Positions 14,092 through 28,194 of a stretch of 64,000 nt of DNA are shown here, one piece after another. This stretch comes from Octopus bimaculoides (lineage: Eukaryota): NCBI RefSeq assembly GCF_001194135.2, contig NC_068995.1, forward strand, positions 14,298,332 through 14,362,331. Reading direction: 5' to 3'. The number at the start of each line of letters is the position of its first letter. Positions within the stretch are counted from its first letter, which is position 1. A model generated the notes under the pieces. It saw only the letters and a list, made by a program, of their open reading frames with translations. It ran no database searches and had not been told where the DNA came from. The translations under genes and the position numbers were made by a program.

Positions 14092-15049
14092 NNNNNNNNN
14101 NNNNNNNNNNNNNNNNNNNNNNNNNNNNNNNNNNNNNNNNNNNNNNNNNNNNNNNNNNNNNNNNNNNNNNNNNNNNNNNNNNNNNNNNNNNNNNNNNNNN
14201 NNNNNNNNNNNNNNNNNNNNNNNNNNNNNNNNNNNNNNNNNNNNNNNNNNNNNNNNNNNNNNNNNNNNNNNNNNNNNNNNNNNNNNNNNNNNNNNNNNNN
14301 NNNNNNNNNNNNNNNNNNNNNNNNNNNNNNNNNNNNNNNNNNNNNNNNNNNNNNNNNNNNNNNNNNNNNNNNNNNNNNNNNNNNNNNNNNNNNNNNNNNN
14401 NNNNNNNNNNNNNNNNNNNNNNNNNNNNNNNNNNNNNNNNNNNNNNNNNNNNNNNATTGTTTTATAATATAGAGATTACTCGAAAATATTTTGAATATTA
14501 CCTTTTTCCTGAGAATGGACATATGTATATCTATAAATATTACATAACAGCAGATGAAGCTATGACACCATTTATTTTCATATATATATATATACATATA
14601 AAATGATAGGTATAAAGAGATTTTATACATATATTCTGTAACAGCACTGTAAAACCGTGACACATACATACACATTTTATATATAATCAAAATAAGCAAC
14701 AGGATATCAAGGGGTAATGCAGTACGACCGTTTTAAGTGGCTCCATTTAATTGAACAATGCAATCATTACATCAATTTAAATGCAGGGCTATCCTCAGCT
14801 GCATAAATAAATAAATAAAATTTTTAATCAGTTGGACACATTGATATAATTTTACTCAAATGCTCTAATAGAGCAAAAAGATGGAAAGAGTCCATATTGC
14901 TGCTAATGTAGCTAAGAATATACTACACTTCTAAGAATTGTATGAAGTTTGTTGGGGGTCATAGCTTGCAAAGGATTTTCACTTTACTTTGAGTTGTACA
15001 GATAATACCGCACTGATTTGGTGCTTCAAATCTAATTCATCTGAATCTC

Positions 15050-15086
<37 letters not shown>

Positions 15087-16803
15087 CATGCACATGCTAT
15101 TATTTAGTGTATATTTTTACTGTGGGATTACATAGTAACCATTGGGTGGAATAAATAAAGTTGAGAATCACTGTATTGGTTTCAAATGAGCATGCAGTCT
15201 TAATTACCTGAAGTAAAACAGCTTGGAGATATAGTTTCTCACTAGACCATATTTTGTAGCCTATGGTCTTTTAGTCTTTGACTGATGCTTGCACTACAAC
15301 TTTTGGCGTTCAGTTTTTTAACTATATTTCTATAGAAGTTCTAGAATTTTATATTTTACTTTTCAATATTGTTTCTTGTTTTGATTGCTTTTTAATTTTT
15401 TTTAACTCCCTAAATGATTTCCAGGAACTCTTAATTTTGAAAATTAGATTTTATTAAAATTTTTTTCCTTTTAATTGGTTCCATTAAATTGCAAAAGAAT
15501 TTGGGTTCATTTGTACTATCACATTTTATCTTCATGTTTAAATCTCTAATTGTATTTTCTCATGAGAAATAATGTCCAATGTATAAAATTACTTAGTTAA
15601 TAGCTTTCATCTTTATATTTATTAAAAGACCTTTCTAAATGTTATGGCTATTTACAACCAGTTTTTCCCACTTCCTCAAACTGCTGCCATTTTTATCCAA
15701 GACAATACTAATCACTATCAGAATTTATTCTTCAATATTCTCATGTAATCTTTTCTTTTTCTTTGTGCAGGTGTCTTTTTGGATGCCCCAGCCAACTTCA
15801 CTGTTGACGCCACTCCTGTTACAAAGAATGGTGATGGTAAAGTACGTGCTGTTGTCACAAGTCCATCTGGAGCCAAAGCTGAGCTGCCAATTGACAACAA
15901 GAAGAATGGTATTTACACTGGCTCTTACATGCCAATTGAACAAGGTAAATTGCATTTTGTTTGATCAACTCTACTAAAATATTCTGAAGAAAAATTTTGA
16001 AATTGTCAATTTTACAATATCAATCCAGAAATTTGATTGTTTCTATAATTGAATGTTTTAACATCAGCTTGCTTTGACTTCCTTAAATCAACAATTGTTT
16101 GTACGATGTTTATTATTTACGTACTCTTTACATCCAGAGTTCAAATTCTGCCAAGGTTGACTTAGCCTTTCATCCATTCAGGGTCATTAAAATAAGTACC
16201 TGTCAAGTACTGGAGTCGATGTAATCAACTATCTTTCCCAAATTTCAGGCCTATGGGGGAAGTAGATAATTGTTTTAACTGTTTTTAAAAATTAAGATGT
16301 ACCAGTTCACTTATACACTAAGAATGAATATGTACCTACACTAAGGATGAATGTGTACCTACACATGCTGATACCACATAAAAAGCACCCGGTACACTTG
16401 TAGAGTCGTTGGCATTTGGAAGGGCATCCAGCCAAGGAAACCATACGGGAATAGACAATGGTGCCTGGTGTCGCAGCCAGCCTGACCAGCTCCAGTCATA
16501 CTATCCAACCCATTCCAAGATTGTGAACAGGTATTAAATGATGACATACACTTATTGTGGATTCTGCTGTCAAATGACTAATGAGAGTTCTGCAACTTCT
16601 TGTTGAACAACTTACACAGGTGATATGTTTATTGTGATCAAATGTTTATGCTTCACATTAGTTCACTCCTGCCATCAAATCGGCATTATCTGTACAGGTG
16701 CATGGTGTGCCATACACCAGGTGTCAGTGATCAGTTTTGGAAATTGAAACCCCACTCTATTGATTTTGTATACAGCACCCTTACTACTAGGTTGTGTGTG
16801 TGT

Positions 16804-16867
<64 letters not shown>

Positions 16868-19800
16868 GCGCGCGCCTTAGAAAGGGATAGCATCTGAAGA
16901 TATAAGATGTACTGATTGAAACCATTAATATCATAATTATAATAATTCTCAGAAGTATGAACACATTAGTAGTATTCCTTATCTGGAATGTTGTTAAATC
17001 TACAATTTGTTTTTTCTTTTAATATCCTTTTAGGTCCTTATGCTGTTGACATTTCTTATGAAAACATGCCAATTCCTGGCAGTCCTTTCAAAACAACTGC
17101 TGTTCCTGGTTGTGATCCTTCTAAAGTCAAAGCTTACGGCCCAGGTAAGATTTATTCTATGATTGTGTGTCTGTTCATTCTTTCATTTTTACATCTGATT
17201 TTCCATCCTAGCAAGAGTTAGATGAATACATATTGAAGCAGTATTGTTTAACTGCCTGATGCTCCTTATGTCACTAACCATGACCTGTTTTACAAATAGT
17301 AATTAAAAAAATTTTTTTATTCCACTTTGAGAGAACAGAGCCAAAGGACAAATACCTTTTTGATGAGGAATGTCGACAAACATTACCATCTGTCAGTCTC
17401 TTTTGCTGAAGTGCTAAATGACTGGGAAATAAATTCATTGGTCAGCCCAATGTTATAGAAAATACTTGCCAAGGTGCTGCACAGTGGGACTGAACCCCAA
17501 ACTATGTAGTTGCAAAGTGAAATTTTTACACACTCAACCATGCTTGCAATTTTTAGATATTCTTTTTCTCTTATACTTTTACTCGTTTGTCTTTTGACTG
17601 GCCATGCTGGAGTATGAACGAATCGACATATTTTTTAAAGCCTAGTACTTATGGGATGTAAACCCACTAACACTGGTTATCAAGCAGTGATGGGGCACAC
17701 ACGCACACACACACCTGTATATACATGATGGGCTTCTGTCAGTTTCTGTCTACCAAATTCACTCACAAGGCTTTGGTCGACCTGAGGCTAAAGTAGACAC
17801 TTGCCCAAGGTGCCACACAGCAGGAATGAACCTGGAACCGTGTTACCACACAACTATGCCTGCTCTTCTTGTCTACCTCTGTTGTTATAATGCTTTAAAT
17901 AAGCAAAAATTTGAGCATTGTCATTTATCGCAGGCATATCAAACATGTGACCCCATGGGCTGTGTGTGACCCTTTTCAAACACAAGTGCAGCCTGTGAAC
18001 AATGTTGCTAGAGGTTTAAAAATGAGAAATCCCCACCAATTTTTAATAAAAATAATTAATAATTTAGTTAACAAATATAGGAATATTGATGAGCAAATAA
18101 GATTTTAAATGATTTTACATAATGAAGAATGATGGAAAGCTTTGTAAGCACTTGTTCAAAAATATGTGGCCCACATAGCAACATGTAAGCAATGTGGCCC
18201 TTAGAGACTTTGCAGTGTGACATGCCTGGTTTATAGGATCATAAATTGCACAAAAATTGCTTGACATACAAACTTATCGAATGCATTTTGTTTCCAGGTC
18301 TTGAACGTGGTATCACTAATAAACCCAATGTGTTCACTGTGGACAGCCGTGGAGCTGGTCATGGTAACCTTGGTCTCTCCATTGATGGACCTGTCGAAGC
18401 TAAGATGACCTGCAAGGACAATCATGATGGAACATGCCAAGTTGAATACATGCCTCTTAAATCTGGACCTTATGATATTGGTGTGAAATATGGTGATAAA
18501 CATATTCCTGGTAAGTTTAACTAAAATTCTACATTAAACCATGACTTTAAGTTTTTGTTTTTTTGTTTTAATTTTAAGCTGATTATGAAAGCCAAGTAAT
18601 TAGTATTTTATAATTACTATATTACTAGAGGTAAAGACTCCCTTTGGTCATGAATGACCATGGAATTGCACCTAGAAAGTTCCCCTCCAAGGCACAAGTC
18701 CTGGCAAAGTTGTTTTATGGAAGATCAGCAGTCACCTATGCATACCAGCCTTCCTTCTTCACGCCACCAATGTTATCCAAGGGAATGGCAAAAGCCGATA
18801 CAGCTTGGCACCAGTGACTTCAAGACTCATTTCTACAGCAGTGAGAAATAAAGTATCATGCTCAAGAACACAACCTGGTCTACAATACACAAAATATTTC
18901 AAAAATTATTAGTGCAATTATTTCACATCAAGTTGGCATGGCCTGTGTCATGAAACTGGCATGTAAAAGGCACTCTTTACACTCTTGGAGTGGTTGGCAT
19001 TAGGAAGGGCATCCAGCCATAGAAACCATGCCAAATCAAACTGGAACTTGGTGCAGCTCTCCGGCTTACAAGTTCCAGTCAACTCATCTAACTCATGCCA
19101 GCATGGAAAGCACACACTAAATGATGATGATGATGATATGAAAATATAATGGGACTTTTTAAAACATTGAATGGCTATAGGGAGATCCAGTAGAATAAAA
19201 TAGGAATCGGTCTATAGGCAAAAAATGGCTGAAAACTACTGATATAGAGGTTCCTTAATCAGGAGTTAGTGGGGATAAAGTTCTATGCTTCTTCTGAAAC
19301 CATATGCAATAAATAATCCCCTTGTTCTAAAGAATCCTTGGATCATTTTTCAACTTTTTTTCCAACATTTTCATCTTTCAGGCAGTCCATTCCATGTACC
19401 AGTTGAGACTCCAGTTGATCCTAGCAAAGTGAAATGCCAAGGTCCTGGTGTTGATACTGCTAAAGGAGTCAAACCCAAGGAACCAACATCCTTTACCATT
19501 GATACTAAAGAAGCTGGAGATGCTCCACTTGAAGTTACTGTCACTGACAAATTTGGTAAAACTTCCTTTTCATACCTTTTCTACTCTTTCTCTTTCAATT
19601 TTTTCCTTCACTCCTACTCTTTTATTTTTAGACTCTCTGTCTCTTTCCTTCTCTCTCTCCCTCCCTTGCTCTTTTCTTTTTTTATTTCTTCTTTCATTTT
19701 GTCCTATTAAAGAATGACAAGATAACCCTTCTCTGAATCTCAATGTATTATACAACCAATGCCTACCCCCTGTTACCATAATGTTGGATCAGAAGGAGAT

Positions 19801-21107
19801 TGATCTTTCTCCCACTTAGCAGAGGTAGCTAACAGTTGGAAATTCAATTCTGCTGGCAGGAAGAAGGGGAAAAAATAAATCAAATCTGTTACTTAGTGGC
19901 AAGCTTTGCCTCTATGTGGTTCTTAATTTGTTATATCGGAGACTTTGAGAGAGGCGTTTGCCAATACCATAGTTCAATGCTAATAAAACATTTCAGCTAT
20001 CAACTTGAACAGTTAATATTCTCTTGAGTCAACCTTATATACACATGTTCATGCATAATGAGCAAATGTCTTATATAACTTATGGTTGACCAATTCCTTG
20101 TGAGTGAAAATTGGTTGACAGTAGTTATATGGAAGTGTTGTATGTGCAAGTGTTTGTCTCCAAATGTCTTTGCATTGATACCATTGGAGGCAGTGATGAG
20201 GTTTTTCACATAAACAATGTCTAGTGCTCATTGGTTTGATGTGCAAAGACCAATGAAATAAAATAGCTTACATAATAGCCAGGTATGGGTTGGCATCAGG
20301 AAGAGCATCCAGCCATAGAATGCTACCTTGAGTACTTGTCCAACCCTAGCATTAGAAATCTGATTGTAAAATGGTGTGTGTATGTATAAGAGCAATACAG
20401 ACTTTTTATCAAAGTGTAAATTCTCTATATCTAGGTAAGAGACCAGCTGAAGTTCATCCTATCGAAGAAGGTGTTTTCAAGGCTAATTACACAGTACCTG
20501 AAGAAGGTCCATGCCAACTTGATGTGAAATATGCTAACCAACATGTGCCAAAAAGGTAAATTCCTTTTATTGCTAATTAGTAACAATAAACATATAGTTT
20601 ATTAAATATTCTTCATTCCAGATCCATCCTGTCATTTCCACCCTCTCTGTAGCAAAAAAGCTGTTCTGGTTTGTACCCTGCTCTGTGGCCCCTTATCTTG
20701 TAGCATGAAGTCACCTTTCTTGAAGCTTGTAGTCCTGCAAGCTGCATGGAAACCTCAGTAGTGCTGGTATCATTGAAAATAGCACCCAGTAACTTTGTTG
20801 GTGTTAGGGATGGCATTTCGCCATAGAAACCATGCCTAAATAAACACTGGAGAATGATGATGATGATGATGCAGCCCTGAGCTGGAGTAACATGAAATGC
20901 CCTGCTCATGAACCCAATGTACTGCTCAGTCCTGGAATTGAGCCTACAGTCTTATAACTGCAAACCCAACTCCTAACCATTAAGTCATTATCATCCTCAC
21001 ATTAGAGAAAGTACCAAGTCAATTATAATTGACTATACCCCTGTTGTTTAAAAAAAATACAAAATGTGATCTTATGTTCAAAATCAATAATAATCACCTT
21101 TTTTTTT

Positions 21108-21140
<33 letters not shown>

Positions 21141-24100
21141 TGTTTATGATTATCTCCATAAAACAAATGTATGTTTTCACCATTTACATTTTCAATTGTT
21201 ATTTTCCAGTCCATTTAATATGCCTGTTAAACCAGGTTTTGATCCAAGTAAAGTCCGTGTTTATGGTCCTGGGGTGAATGATGTCCCTGCTAGTCTTCCT
21301 GTGTCATTCTGCATCGATACCACTGAGGCAGGAATTGCAGACTTAGAAGTGTCAATTCAGGTAAATATATTTTAACTAGTGTCATTAGTGATGTGGCAGG
21401 TAATTTTGTAAGTATTTTTCCACTATGGGTAATTTCAGGAAATATAGCATACATACAATAATTTAAATTTATCAAATTTCTTTGTGTTTATACAAAATGA
21501 AATAAATACTAATTCTTAAAATAAAAATAAAACATTTCTCATTTACATAACTCCTCCCATTATTTCTCTTTATATCCACTCCTTTTCTTCTTTTCATTGT
21601 GTGAAACATTGCTTGACTCATTATCTGCCACTAAGCTTAGTATTTGCACTCATCCCACATCTCCTAACTCTCTGTATCTGTCTTTTATCCTCTCCCCATC
21701 CTCTACATGATGTAAAGTGTAACTGGAGAAACCAATCAACCAGCCAACATTTATGCCGTCACCTATTATTGTATTGGAATTACTTTCACAGGGGTTTCAA
21801 ATTTTCTTTCCAATAATCACCTTTTAATTTAAAGTAATTTTTTTTTTAAAGAAATTAGTGTGTTGCAAATTTCTGATTAAAGAATTTTATTATCCATTAC
21901 ATCTCACAACACCACTATCGCGTATTTGCACAACACTACCACACATGCGCACATACAATTTGTGATACTTAACGAGTTTACTTTATTTTAAATAGAGACC
22001 AGACGGCACGTTCGTTAAACCGATCATCCATGACAATGGTGATGGCACATTTAATGTTACTTACACTCCTGAAGATCTTGGTGTCTATACAATCAAAATC
22101 AAATTTGGTGGCGTTGAGATTCCAACCAGCCCCATCAAGGCTTGTTCTAAACCCACAGGAGATGCCAGCAAATGTAAAATTACAAGTGAGTATACAGCTT
22201 CTTCCAACAGAAATTGTTATAGGATAGTAGGGCGAAAGCCAGTCACTTACTTTGTACAACTGTTCTTTGCTTTCTGATCTTCCAGTTTATACATTTACAA
22301 TTTTTTACAAGAATTTTCTATGGGATCTGAAAAAATTAATTTTGAAAAATTCTAAAATTTTCACATAACCTACTTTTAAAAAAATAAAAATATGAACTTG
22401 TGCATTTATATTTGTTAGAAATCATTATAATTATAAATTGAATCCTAAATACATTTATTAAATACATTACTCTTATCTTGCTTCTATAATGTATTGCCTG
22501 GTATCTATATTAAATATGTTATGTACTATGTTAATTATGAGGTCTGTTAAAGCCGCTACATCTCTCTCTCTAAAATTGTTTGGTCTTGTAGTTATACTGG
22601 TTAGTCCACATTACTTCATAAGGAGCTTAGGGTTGGTTTTCCAGTTCCTCTGGTGTATATATTCCTCCCTGGATGGGATTCCAGTCCATTGTAGGATTAC
22701 TCATTTTTACCAGATGAGTAGGCTGGAGCAGCATAAAATGAAGTGTTTTGCTCATCACCTGGTCCAGGAATCAAAACCAGTCTTACACCCTAATTACTAA
22801 GCCATGCTCCTCCACATTGTATTTATACTAGTAATTATAATTATTAAATTAGTTAAATTAATTGTTCACTAAATCCACTCCACTTCCCTCTCTATCTCTC
22901 TCTAAAAATGTACTTCTGTCTTGTACTTCTGTTATAAATCATTATTATTATCATAATCATTGATCAGTAATAACCCGATTGTTTTATGCTGTTTGTTTAC
23001 AGAGGGTACAGAAAAAACTGTTATGGTCAAAAAGGAAACTGTCATTACTGTTGATGCTTCACAGGCCGGTACCGGTAAAGTTACCTGCCGTATCCGTGAT
23101 TCTAATGGTCATGATATTGATATTGACATCATTGAGAATCCCGATGAAACCTTCAGTATTCAATTCACACCACAGTTTCCTGGAACCTACTCCATCAGCA
23201 TTCAATTTGGTGGACAAAGTATTCCAGATGGAAAATACCAAGTTGAAGTAAGTCTCCTTATTTTGCCTATTGTTCCATGTGGTAAACAAATTAGGGTATT
23301 TTATTTGGGTGGATGGTGTTAGTGGTGATGGATCTTTTTCATCTTTATGACAAGAAGTACCCTTGTTGTTTCTGAAAGAAATTCTTCAGAGTTTTTAGTC
23401 AGTATGGTTTCAATGTCCACTTTTCTATAATTGCATAGTTGAAACAATTCATTGAGACAGATTTTCTTTGGTCAGATACTCTTCCAGTCACCAACCCTTA
23501 CCTGTTTCCAAGTAAGGTGATATCTCCTCTTGGCAAGATATCTTTCACAGAACAATACTGCTTGTGTGGCAGTGTGACTCATACATAAATGAACTTCTTT
23601 CAGTTTCTGACTTCCACATCCACTCAAAAAGGCTTTGGTCAGCCCAGGGTTGTGGAAGAAGACTATACTTGCCCAAGGTGTCACACTCTGGGACTGAACC
23701 TGAAGCTATGTGGTTGGAAGCTAATGTCTACACCTTAATTATTGCTGCAAAGAAAATTTTTCCCATTTTAATTTTGTATTTGACCGAAGAAAAGTAAAAT
23801 GGTGGGATTCATTGGTAGGTATTCCCTAAAACAGATAAGCAATCCAAAAAAAGGTTTCTGCATTTAAAAAAAGAAAACCTAAAAATAAACTTTTGTAATG
23901 GACCCATCAAATTATCAGTTATTCAGTTTTCCCAATAATAGATTGATATTTGTTTATATAATCTTGATAAAAGATTTCTTTATTTTTGGAAACTATAACA
24001 ATGATAAAGAACTATTTTAGAGAGGTTGTATTCTCTTCTCCAATTCATTAGTTGGCTAACCCGGTTCAAGAAAGCTTCTTTATTTTTGGTGCTGCTTTCT

Positions 24101-27100
24101 TTTCTCTTCATGGACTCTAACAAATATTCTATGAAGTACAAATATGGATCCCCCAGCCAGGTGTGTAAAATTAACAATCTTATGAGAAGGAAATTTTCTG
24201 TTATTCTTTCGTTAATGATTTCTGAAGTACTACTTAAGCCAGTTTGTTAAAATGTCAGAGACTGGATTTGTTTCTATTCCATTGTACCACGCTGCTGACA
24301 ATCAAATCAGCTAATGTTGGACAAGTCTTTTTAAACATGGTTTAAACAAAAAATTTTTAAATTTTATTTTAGAAACATAATGGTGCAAGAGATAGCTTTC
24401 AGTTGAACTATCTTTTGTTTTATTTGATATTCGATGAAAATATCATGATATTTAAAATTTAGAAATGCCAAATTACTACGCTATCAAGTTTACCATATTC
24501 TAAGAATACCAAACTAATAAATTTTTTAATGGTTATGATTTGCATGATAAATGCAGAATAACAATCTTCTCTTCCTTCAGTTTAGAATATTTCTAAAACA
24601 TTTTAATTTGGTGGTTTTAAAAAAAAAGTGTTTTTTCTCATTTGGTTTTTAGTTTTGTACTAATTCTACTAATTTGTGTGAATGAAATAAATCCCAATAA
24701 CACCATATCTTCATTTTCTCCCCAATCTTTTTGTGTGTGTTTGGGGGTGGACACGGAGTTTGCGGCATGCTTGAAAGTAATTCATGTTTCTATTTTATCT
24801 AATTAAGAATAATTTATTAATTAAAAACAGAAATTCTATTCTTCCAATTAAGTCCAACATTTGATGGTGTGGCCACATCCTATATGCCCACATGCATTGC
24901 ATACATATTTATCGTTCCCAAGAAATGCGTTTTAAAGTTATCATTATACAACAACTGCATACTGCTTGATAGTTCAACTCTGCTATAAATATGACTTAAC
25001 CATTTTGGAATTTTTATTCCTGGTTTTACATATCATCTGCAGATACTTGCTTTTGCTAATTCTTCAGCATGACATACTCTTTTCCTCTTTCTCTCTCACT
25101 ATATATATACATATATATATATATATATGTATGTATATATGTATTTATTATGTTATGTTATGTTTTTGTAACTGTTACCTGCTGTACATGTATTGTAAAC
25201 TATAACACTGGTTTCACCCACATAGATTTACTTTTGGAATCTATCCAAAATACCTTAGAATGGCATGGCCTTTGTGAAGGGCAGTAGCCATACATTATCT
25301 CTTCTCAGGCTATTTTAGATTTTCTTTTTTTTTACCATTAAAACATGCAAACTTTCTCCATTCCACCCACTCTAGAATTAGTGTTGTTAGGCTTGCATTA
25401 TTTTTTCTCCTTTCAGTTAAAATTTTAAAAATTTAGTCATTTGATTTTTACTAGCATTAATTTCATATCAAATTCACTTAGCCTTGGGTCAAACTTGAAC
25501 AAAGCTATGGCCAAAAGCATTCCAGCTGTGACCATCTCATCTTTATAGAAGCATCTTGGACTTCATTATCTTCCTTGTAAGACAGTTGATTTGAGGAAGA
25601 TTTGGCTGCTATTTATATCGTGTGTCCATGCAAATATCCTCTTTGTCAACTTGAGTCTACTCGTGGTAAAATAAGTTGAAGCAAAATTGCATCAAGAGTG
25701 CTTATATGATGATCTATCTACTAAATAGCTTGATATTAGGGTGTTGCTCTAAACTAAAAACATTTGTTAATCATGCAGTGCTCCTCCTGCTTCAAGTATT
25801 TAGCTGGACCTTGAACTATACCTAAACATGGTACTTATTTACTGTTAGCTTCACTAAGCCAAGCAGTTATGTGCTCATTGAATGCACTCTGTTAGTTCTA
25901 TTGGCTACTTGTTGCCTCTTTCTTTTGTTAACTGAGCCAGTTGCATTTCTTGTATGCAATCAGTTAATGCTACCAGCATGCAAATGTGTGTATGTATGTG
26001 TAGTAAAGTCTTACAATTATTTCTTTTGTTGAAGAAATCTGTTAAATTAGTGGGTTCTGTTATGGCAGTGCTAAGATAACACCTAAAAGAATTAGAAGAG
26101 GACTAACAGTTCTTAAATTCTGAAGTGACAAATTTGTATAAAATAAAGGACCTACCTCACATTGAGAATTATTTTTTTAAATATTTTGAATTTTGTCTTC
26201 AGTATGAATGGAGTTGGGGCACCTAATTTATGTGCTGTGTAGTACTCTAGTTTAGAATGTAGTTATTGTGTTTTGATAAGAGTGTGACCAGCTGTTTAGA
26301 ACCAAAGTATTTATTGGCCTTGAAGAGAAATCTTTTTCCTTTCTTTGTTATGCTATATGGTATAAATCATGCATGGCCCTTTTAAGCAGTCTGGTAGAGA
26401 AGTTATTTAACCAAGCATGTAGTATCGGCTGTTAAAACTATCTAAATGTTACATCAGTCTAATGTTTATGCAATTCATAAAACTTTAACTGTTATTCCAA
26501 ATTCTTTAGTCAAGCTGCATAGTTATCAACTTAATTTTGCATTCATACTAGATGTGCTAAGCAAGAGATGGTTACTTAACATTCTGTTGCTTCTAAGATG
26601 CTCGTGATTAGCCAAACAAATGACTTTTTACCTAATTTCCTGAAAATGTAAATATTTATATATATTTGTAAAATCTTAATTCCACTGACACTGAAAGTAT
26701 TGGTTCTAAGAAGACCAACCAAACTTCTCACTTCACTAAATTTAAAAACTTGCCTGAGAAGCATGCACGATTTTCTTTTTAATGGTTTGCTTTAAAATTA
26801 TAGAGTGTATATATTTAAAAAATAATACAATTCACATTGTCTCTTTGTATATAATTATTTTTGTTGACTACTGTGTTCTATGTTGTAAATGTTTATAATG
26901 TAATATATATATGTGTGTAATATATACATATTGTCACTTGTACACTGAGGCACATCCTGCTGGTGTAGAAATCTCATTGGGGTCCTTTATCACAATGGGC
27001 CCCTATATATTGCATGTCTTGCATGAAAGCTCGTTTCTTGACAATTTTCCTATTTTGCGTGTTCCCCTATAGGCAGTTGACTCTGCAGACTATGAGGTTT

Positions 27101-28154
27101 ACCTTGAAACTAAAGAGAAGGTAAGTACAACATTAATTGGTATTTTATACTGTAGCTCTATGAATTAGTTACCTCTCAGATTTCAGCCTCTCTTTATAGA
27201 TGATCCTAGAATTTCTCCATAGTTTAGTGTTAGCAAAAGTCTTTTAGCTCCCTTTCTATTTCTGTTCGTGGATGCTACACCATTTACCTTCCTATTTCAT
27301 CTCAATTCTGACCAAATCTCTGCATGATAGTTTCCTTCAATAAATGGTTAAAGTCCTCGTTTTTTTGCCAATCCTTAGTACTGGAGGCAAATGTTTTTAT
27401 TTGAAACATTTACAGTGCTCGGTCAACCTTGAAACCTATACATTTTATCTCCATTCCACTCTCAATCCTTGTCTGTCCATATCTTCTGATATTTCAAAAG
27501 CGAGAGAAGGTTGAACAGTTGATTATTCATTTTCTACATGAACTCTTGCATTTTAGCTTTTCTGATTCTCATGCTATAACCAATCTCTCGTCTCCCTTCT
27601 TTCCTATTCTGAACATACCATCTCATGTCTTTTAAATGGCCATATCAAATATCACTGGTCATCCTACCTTCATATCTTTATTAATTTTCCTGCGTCATAT
27701 CTCCCTATATCTTATCCTTGTAACTATTGTTTATTAATTTCAAATTTATCGCTAAAATTGATTTATCTTTCAGGTTCTTTGTCCCCAACCTGTGGTCAGT
27801 CAACTGCAATTTTTTTTTAACTTAACAAAAATTTTAAATTATTAAACCTATTTTCTCTTTAATATTACAATTCTATGGACATTAGCTTTCCACTGTGTGT
27901 AAAACACAATGTAATTGTCTTGTGAGTGATTAACTTAATATTTTTTAAATAATTTCCACCACAAATCATGTTTATTACTAACTTGTAATTAATGCTAGAA
28001 CACAAGTTTATTTTGGCTTTAAAGCACCAGTTATTCAATTACAAATTAATATGGAATATATATTAGGAGTGTGTGTGTGAGTGAGAATTTTTCATGCAGT
28101 TATAAACTTCAGAAAAATCTTTCACTTGTAGCATAAATTAGCATAAATTTAATA

Positions 28155-28194
<40 letters not shown>

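Noticed and set aside
9812-14455. Idea that Ig7 or Ig10 exons are hidden in the two gaps here
   Set aside because: Both repeat junctions lie inside single exons, and flanking exons join seamlessly across the gap-containing introns.
15984-16002. CTGAAGA-AAAATTTT-GAAA hammerhead-like core
   Set aside because: Stem II is A/T-only with no loop, and stems I and III are unsupported; expected by chance in AT-rich DNA.
23248-27072. Internal promoter for a Cher90-like isoform starting at hinge 1
   Set aside because: The intron has unique-looking sequence, but I found no ATG exon with a compatible donor; a non-coding first exon cannot be excluded.
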